This document shows positions 55,910-64,000 of a stretch of 64,000 nt of DNA, in pieces. The stretch is from Octopus vulgaris. Lineage: Eukaryota. The position numbers and the translations under genes were made by a program. Numbering within the stretch: position 1 is the first letter of the stretch; every line of letters starts with the position of its first letter. The DNA is taken from assembly GCA_951406725.2 (NCBI GenBank), contig OX597814.1:77128001-77192000 (forward strand). The letters are read 5' to 3'. The notes beneath the pieces were generated by a model, which saw only the letters and a program-made list of their open reading frames with translations, did no database searches and had not been told where the DNA came from.

Positions 55910-56768
55910 GAATTTCATGGAAAAATGCGAGTAAGAGAAATAATATTCTTAAGAATATTACAGGACAACTTATTACACTTGGAAAAGTTCAGGACAACTT
56001 ACTACATCTGGTAAAGCACCGAACAAGAAACGTTTTACTTAAAATATTGCAGCTAAGGATCACATTTGAATATTAAAAATTGTTTGATTTTAATTTACAA
56101 AGTAACATTAAAATTAAAAATTGTACCATCATTTTGTTAAAATATTGACACACAAGAATACTTTAGAAAATGAGAGCCAGACGTTCCAATATAGCTAAAT
56201 TGTTATGCTAAGTAGAATAGTATATATGGTAGGCAAATTCATTATGTAAAATATAGGCATTGGGACAAGACTAAAAATATGAAAACTTGGCAATAACTTA
56301 GGCAATAACTCGAGCAAATTTTACTGTAAATTTGTTGTTATAGGTAGATTTTGCCGTAATATATAACTAATTTTTGTATTATTCTATACATTGCACTAAC
56401 CAATTATGTACTATTATTTTCTATAACCTATTTTCAAATTTATAATTATTAATTAATATATGAAAAATGAATTTTTTTTGAAGTGCAAAAAATATTTTGA
56501 GTTATTTTTTTTATTTTTAGTAGAAGTAACAAGTAATAACAAATAGAAGTAATAAGTTGTAATAAAAAGCTAATATTTCTAAATCAAAATATTTTATTTG
56601 ATATTTTAATTTAAGTTGCAATATTTAAGTAAAACTTCCCTTGTTCTGTACTTTACCAGATGTAATAACTGTCCTGAACTTTTCCAAGTATAATAACTTG
56701 TCCTGTAATTTTCCAGGTTTATAATCTTAAGAATATTATTTCTCTTGCTCGTATTTTCCATGTAATTC
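55910..56768. mobile_element. Foldback/MITE-like element with about 150-bp TIRs built of about 28-bp subrepeats
   Basis: 55910-56056 is the reverse complement of about 56612-56768; subrepeat tggaaaa.ttcaggacaa.ttatta; AT-rich non-coding interior. Confidence 0.8.
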
Positions 56769-57084
56769 CAGATGCTTTTGTATCTTTGTTCTTCGGAGTT
56801 TTTTTACCTTTTAGTCAGACGATAAAATAGTGCTTATGACCTTTTACTTGGACTCCTAGATTTGTTGGAGAGACGCACAAGATCATGAAAATTTTCGGTC
56901 AACCACTCCTGTGTCGCGATGCCGACGCGAGCTGTGGGGAGCAGAATCCAGGACCCCACCCTTGATATATGGATTGACCGCCACATTCAACGCTTACATC
57001 GAGGTGCCAAAAACAGAGGTCTTGCAGTAGTGCGAGGATTGCATGCATGTATGTATGTATGTATGTATGTATGTATGTATGTAT

Positions 57085-60000
57085 GTCATTATTCCGTTTT
57101 ATCTCAAGATTTTTTGTTAATAGTGAAAGAATTGGTTTCTAACCAATATTCAAGGCTCCTTCACTGGAATTTCAACAACATTAACATGATATTTTTGCAT
57201 GTGCGTAAAAAAGTATGTATGTCATTATTAGTTTATTTCAAGATTGCTTGTCAATAGAGAAAGGAGCGGTTTCTAACTTAGATCCAAGGCTCCTTCATTG
57301 GAATTTCAACATCAACAACAGGGCATTTTTGCTTTTATGTATGTATGTATGTATGTATGTATGTATGTATGTATGTATGTATGTATGTATGTATGCATTT
57401 ATGTTTTATGTATGTATTCTCATGCATAAAGTTACATATCTAGACATGCTCATATATATTGTTACGGAATCACCCGTCGTCGCCCGTCCCGAACGGCTCA
57501 CACAAGTTCCGCCACGGAACCCAAAGAGGCGGAGAGAGGAGATACAGATAGATACTGCCACAACCTCAACAGCACAGAGATACAGAGGCACAACCCGAGA
57601 TACAACCCAAAGAGGCAAGGCAACAACTGGCAACACTGGCTTATATTCAAACAACAGTTTATACGACAATTACAATTGGTACAACATCAAGATACATCAA
57701 AGCATGCACGTGACTACTCAATACATAATACAACAGCATTTCAAGAGTACAACTCAAAGCATAATACAACATCATGTAACAATTCAAGAGTACACGTCCC
57801 AAGACAACAGTTCTTTAGAGTCTCTTCCTAAACATCACAATCAACAAGTCCTTTACTCTTCTTCTTCACAATGTCCTTTATCGACCACATCGACAGAGTC
57901 CTTGACTATTCTTCCCATGACACATATCAATGCACAAACACATACCTCAATTCCTAATTGAATCTGCCAGTGTCCCATTCCTCTCAATACTGCTAATTCC
58001 TCTGAATACTGCTAATTCCCTTCTGTGCCGCCAAGCTTTCTCGCATCCAACTTGCTCCTAAGAATTCCAACGCTTGCTCCTTAAATACAAGGTCCGTCTG
58101 TCTTCTTCGAGGACCGGCCAGCGACTGCAAGATCCGTCTGTGTTCTTCGACGACCGCTCAACGACTGCCAAGACCTCACTTCGTCTCTGTCCTTCTTCCA
58201 CTCCCTCATCTCCCTCTGTACCGCTCACACCCTCTCTAACTGCCCTGGTCCCTATACTCTATCTATATCCTCAATCTGTCCCTTACTGCTTATCCTTTCT
58301 ATTTGCCCTCTGCTCTTACTCTATCGCTATCGCCTACTGTCCCTTACCCTCTCCTGACAGCTCTACCATACTCTCTGCCTGTCCCTCTCTGCCCCCTCAT
58401 CCTCTCTCACGACATATTCAAGGGGTGTCCAGAGCGACCCCTAATTCACCCGCACAAGGTCACAGGTCATTCCAAAACCCATTAGTCCTCCATTAGACAA
58501 AAGACTGTCACATTTTCACCAGACATGATGGTGCCATTATTCCTATGTGGGACAGAAACACTGCACTAGTTAAACCCGTAACAATATTTAAGTCATAAAC
58601 ATCTGGAAACTTTTACAGATTTTTACAGTTCCACTGATGGATTGGATCTGTAGTCTTCGAATTAGCTTTCTCCTTTCTAGTTTTGAGAAGCCTAATTTCT
58701 CAAAGATGGTATTTAAGTAGTGTGCTACATATCCCAGGGTCCCTATAATTTCAGGTATAAACCTCTGAACTTGTAATTTGGATAAAGTAACAGCAGATTT
58801 CTCAATAGTTCAGCATAGGTGTTCTCTTTTTCACTGATCTTCAGCTTTATGTTAACAGCCGCTGGGCAGTTAATTTCCACAACTGTGCACAGTTTCTATT
58901 CTCTATCCCAAATCATTATATCAGGTCTGTTGTGCTTACATTTTATTGAGGTCTTCACTGGTACATTCCACCAGTATTCCTTTTTATTAGGAGTGGCTAT
59001 GGCGTCTACCATATCGTGGGGTTTTCTTTCTTTGTCCTCGGGATTACCCTTCCGTCGGATTTCATTATAGAATGTCCTAGCTACAACGTCATGTCTCTTC
59101 GGTAGATATAACCGTGATGACACTTTCGGACAACTGCTTATGATGTGAGTGATATCTTCAGTGTAAACTCCACAAATTTGCATCGGTTGTCACATTTTAC
59201 GGCTTTTCCTGCATCTCTATCCCTTTTGTACACCAAGTATTTGGTTGATATATCCTGTTCTTGGATTGCAGACGCATACCCTTCAAAGTGGGTGGTAGTA
59301 ATCCGGCTATTCGCCCATGATAAACTGCTTTGATGATCGATGTTACTATCATCACGGAACTTTCTACTACATATCCACACATAGACTTCTGCTCATATAG
59401 GCTCATCCTTTCATCTGATGATACGTTGCGGTAGAGTCGTGTGACTTCTTTGGGCATCTATTCTGTTATCAAAGAGTGTTGCTCAAGGAGCTGCCTTCCA
59501 AGTCTTATGATGTTATCAGCCTCATGTATGCCAACTTGGTCAAGAGATGCACTTCGACACTTGGTGATTAAAAGATGTTGCCGAAAGGATATGATGCGAC
59601 ATTCATTTTGGATCGATGTTAAACCTCTGTCGCCTTGTTTTCGTTTTAGGTAGAGGCGATCTACGCCATTGTTTATGTGGAAATTATGTGTGCATGTTAG
59701 TATTTTTCGGGTTTTCACATGAATGACTTGGATCTCATTAAGCGTTCAATCAAGCAATCCAAATGTTGGTATGAGTACTGACACTGCAAACACATTGTGG
59801 GCTACTGTTTTATTGAATGCTGAGAGTTCTGAGGTCTAAATTTCCTTTATTAGGCTGTAATATTCTTTAGTGACATGTGCTTTGTTGCATGTGCCATTGC
59901 AGGACAAATTTTCATCCACCCCTAGATACCTGAAGCATTCCTCGTGAGATCCAGGGGATACAGTCAAATCGTTGATGGAGATGTTACTAGTCAGGTTTAT

Positions 60001-61163
60001 AGTTTTCCCCCTTTTCACAACCATATAACAACATTTATCCTGACCAAACTCCAACCCTACATCCTTTGAGAATGTTGTAAGTAGGTCAAGGCTCATTTTC
60101 ATCTCATTTTCATCTCATGCATATTCTTCGCATATAGTTTTAAGTCATCTACAAAGAAACATTGTGTAATTTTTGTATTTCTGTTTCCTTATGAACCAAT
60201 GAGATATCCTTCAGACTTCCTTAATATGAATGACAAGGGGTTTACAGAAAGTATAAACAACATCACAGAGAGGCTGTCTCATTGGAATATGCCTTTGTGA
60301 TACTGTATTCTATCGGTAATTACACAGTGACTCTTTGTGTTTAATTTCAAGATGGTGGCCCACGATGAAGTCAGGCCAGCTGTGGCTTTGACTATTCTCA
60401 CTGGAACTTTAGCAAGTTGAAGGGCTTCTAGCATCCATGAGTGGGGATCAGAGTCAAAGGCCTTCTTGTAGTCTAGCTACATTGAAACTAGGTTCCTCCT
60501 ATGCTCTCGCACAGGACATCACAGTTTTGTTGATTAACAATTGCTCGGCATATCCTCAGAGTCCCTTCTTCCCAGCTGCTTGTTCTGCTGTGATAATGTT
60601 ATTGTTTCACAATGGTCCTGGAGGAAAAGGTTTAAACATGTATATATCTTATACATTAAGTTCTGGCATGCAATTGGCCGCTAGTTTTTTGCCATGTGGG
60701 TGGTTCTGCATTTGGGGATCGATTTTGTCTCTGCCAGAGCTAACCAGTGTGGTATGCTGATGTTCCCAGTGAGAGCTTACTGGTACAGATTGATAAGATA
60801 TGGTCGGTAGAATGTTAGCTTCTTGTACCAAGTTCAACAACCAAGTCTCTTCCAGGTGCTTTTCCATCCTGGGGTTTCTGGATCACAGTTGCAAGAGTTT
60901 CACCATCAATGCTGTATGTCTTAGATGTAACGCAGGAGAAATAACTTCTTCGGATTTCTTCCAGCCACAGAGCATCTTGATTAAATTCCTTCTCTTCACT
61001 CCAGATTTTCCTCCAGAAGGAGTCTATGTCTTCTTGTGAAGGAGCTTCCGTAATGTTTACTACTTCTCCTCTCATGTCTCTGTATACTGCTGCCTGGTTG
61101 CGGTTAAATTTTTTGTTTATTGTTCTTCTCCCAGTCATACTATTCTGATGTCGAGGTTTTTAG
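57085..61163 (-). mobile_element. Degenerate R4/Dong-like RLE LINE flanked by (TATG)n, interrupted by a solo LTR
   Basis: FNRNQAAVY, KAPGRD, FFVDDLK, GLEFGQDKC, DRLYLKRKQG.RGL, C..C....EDITHIISSC and KHNRPDIMIWD. (TATG)n at 57047-57085 and 61164-61200. Doubled 130-bp 3' end at 57085-57335. Confidence 0.85.
57460..58583. mobile_element. Solo LTR (Gypsy-like)
   Basis: TGTTACGG...CCGTAACA inverted termini, 4-bp ATAT target-site duplication, 1124 bp, no coding domain. Confidence 0.85.
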
Positions 61164-61263
61164 CTGTATGTATGTATGTATGTATGTATGTATGTACTAC
61201 GTATGTATAGGTATGTATGCATGAATGTATGCACGTATATTTGTATGTATATATGCAAGTACC

Positions 61264-61309
<46 letters not shown>

Positions 61310-61405
61310 TATGTTCGGATACATATGTTATATAATTGGCTGTACTGTTAGATGCACACGCATATATCTAGATATATATAGAGACTAGAGACGAGTTAGT
61401 GGAAG

Positions 61406-61466
<61 letters not shown>

Positions 61467-62289
61467 CATAAACATATATATATATATAAATAGATGGAAT
61501 AAAACATATGCATATATATAAACATATATGTACGTACCTACCTCTACATGTACATATACACGCATATATGAGTACAGGACACCAAAGGGACGTCGAACAC
61601 AAAGAGAAACGAAAACATAGACACAAACCAAAGGAAATGGACATTTTTTTAAAAAACAACAAAAAATGGAGTACAGGACAATTAACACAACGAAAAAACC
61701 CTTTCTTCAGTCGCTAAGGTTTCATCTACTCTACGTTTCGAAGGATAAAAGCGAGACGTATCTTCGACAAGAAACTTTCCTTCCTGCAAAAAGCAAATCA
61801 ATTAAAATTCTGAGATCTTTTCGCAGAGGGGTAAAAAATGGTAAAAAAATGGTAAAAAAAAAAGGACAGTAACGACAGTACAAAAATATAAACAGTAAAA
61901 AATTAAACAGTAAAAAAATATAAACAGTAAAAAAATATAACAGTAAAAGACAGGACAGGGAAAAACAAGATAAGAAGGGCTGTTGACGCCGAACGAAAAA
62001 AGTATTGCAAACCTCATTTCTTCAGCTGAGTCATCGAGCTGGGGCAAAGAGAGCTAGAGAAGGTCTCGAGTATATTTGATGGACCCTTCCATAATAAAAA
62101 AAGAATTCACAACCTCCATAAATTCTGAGAGGAAATTCCCGCCAACACCTGAGAAAACTATGCAGCTTTGTTCCACAAAATTTCTTTCAAAAGCACTGTT
62201 GGATAACGTCTAGATATTTATTGTTATCTATTATCAAGTTATATCCTGATTATGAATTTTTTTTATAAGATTTCCCTTACGTCTTTGTT

Positions 62290-63475
62290 ATTCTCATAAT
62301 ACATAATTGACCTTCAGACGCCATAGTGAATTATGTGAATGCAGACAGAGTCTGACCTTCATTATTTCAATACCTTTTCATGAGCATATTCATAAAATAT
62401 TTTGGCCAATGACGTAAGATTAAAAACAGAAAGAATTACTTCCTCGCTGCATTTCAAATGCGACAAGTATCCGGTATGAATGGTTTAAATAGAGGTGTTT
62501 TGCACTAAAACTTTAAGACAGACTTTCATGAAACTGGCATCGACAATGAAGTGGTTCATCATAGCTTGTATATTTTTGCTTCTACTCTGCAGAAACCAAT
62601 CAACTGAAGGAAATGTTATTGAAACTTTAACATTATCTGATCAAACACCTTAGTGAGTAATATTTTGTTTTTCTTTCATTTATCTTTCATATTACATTTA
62701 GCTATCAATATAACAATTGATTCATTTGATTTTCAAACAAACAATATGAAAGAAATCACTTCGTATTTTCAAACTGCATGCCTACAACTACATTCATTAT
62801 TACCCAATGTATTTTACCCATTTTTGATACGTTACAGTGTGATTCAATATTATTCTAGTGAGTCTAGCGACCGCATAGAGGCTTTCTGTTTGTTTCGGTA
62901 GTACATAATCAAATTTCACTTTCTTTATTGAGTGTAATAGTCATAAAAGTTAAATAGTATAGTATAATAAATTAACATAAATAAGCGAAAGTATTAACTA
63001 TGCATTGACCGTTAAAAATTTCTTGCGGTTACAAGACTTGTTTACGACCATAGAATCAGCAAATCAATATCATTAATGCTGCGTCGTTTTTTTTTATCAT
63101 TATGCACATCAGTACAGATCTGTTGGGAATAGCATATAAACGAATGAAATGAATCCAGCACGAGGCACTAATGACTTTGTCAATCCAATGCCAACACCGG
63201 TTAGGTCTGAACTGAACTCAGTGTGTAAGAAGACAATAATCAGCTATATCTGTTACTTTAGCACTATAACAGTTTTGCATATTTTCCAGTATCAGTGTGA
63301 TGGCAATTTGACACAGAAATATTAAACTCGTGTAAAAATTTGTTGCAAAAGTTTTCTGAGTTCAAACACTGCCAGATTTGACTATATTTTACATCCACAT
63401 AGTTCATAGAGACTACACTTTATCTTTGTGTCATGCTTGTGACCTTTAAGATACACACAAGCACACACTCACACA

Positions 63476-63525
<50 letters not shown>

Positions 63526-64000
63526 TAGCACCTATTCGAATTAATCACCAAATACATTAGCCACTCTGAGAAGGTCTCTGAATGTTAAGCACATAATCAC
63601 TTCTCTTTAGAATACCCAAAGACAGACATACATAAAACGCATGCGTTTAAAATGTGAAAGTTTATCTGAAATCATTGTCGTTTATAGGCCAGCATCCTAT
63701 TTTGTTTCATTGTTTACTTCTTCTTCATTCATCCAAATTGTCCGTACACTTTTCGTGGAAGGGTTGTAGCACTAGATTCCTGAGATATCTCCTCCATAAG
63801 GTTCTGTTAGAAGCAACCGTCAGTAGACCTTCCGGCTCACCTAAGACTGATCAACTGACACTATAGATATTACACACCCATCTTGTTCTTGGTCTACCTC
63901 TACGCCTCTTACCCGTTGGATCGGCTTGAACAAACTGTCTTGCGATTATTTCCTGCGACAATCTAAACACATGTCTGTTGTATTAGTGCTGTGACTCTCA
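62290..64000 (+). repeat. Older paralogue of promoter, exon 1 and intron 1 (copy C)
   Basis: 62290-63460 aligns with 7380-8410 and 63540-63995 with 43105-43550; visibly more diverged than copies A and B. Confidence 0.9.
62546..62652 (+). CDS. Exon 1 (signal peptide) of diverged paralogue C
   Basis: MKWFIIACIFLLLLCRNQSTEGNVIETLTLSDQTP plus 2 nt, then a GTGAGT donor (phase 2). Exon 2 would lie beyond the window. Confidence 0.65.

Noticed and set aside
57215-58496. 248-aa and 140-aa ORFs
   Set aside because: They span a microsatellite and a compositionally biased solo LTR; no domain motifs.
61570-61800. Possible further Penelope-type end with hammerhead (cgaaacgt on - strand); similar hint at about 16260-16510
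   Set aside because: No intact CUGANGA core correctly placed relative to GAAA; too degenerate to call.

Overview
Repeat-dense animal genomic DNA, most likely an octopus or other coleoid cephalopod. This is inferred from the SINE type, the microsatellite load and the gene family; no database was searched. The only host gene I can support is a small two-exon family of secreted chitin-binding-domain (CBM14/peritrophin-A-like, squid beak CBP-like) proteins that the ORF track largely misses. Signal-peptide exon 1 occurs at 7571, 41314 and 62546 (all +). Domain exon 2 occurs at 44571 (+, four domains, internal stop) and 28173 (-, one domain). These parts lie in a rearranged array: a direct duplication (1-8155 / 33707-41898), an inverted duplication (25875-29262 / 43487-48137), a third inverted copy of a Tx1 composite (12.6-16.1 kb) and an older paralogue at 62.3-64 kb. 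The rest is nested mobile DNA: R4/Dong-type RLE LINEs in (TAA)n and, for a separate family, in (TATG)n; a TAA-associated non-coding element; Tx1, RTE and CR1/L2 fragments; a near-complete Neptune-type Penelope element; several hammerhead-like motifs; a solo LTR; a foldback MITE; Helentron-like elements; a mariner relic; and tRNA-SINEs. Most ORF-track entries are microsatellite translations. Many element boundaries were set by eye and are approximate.
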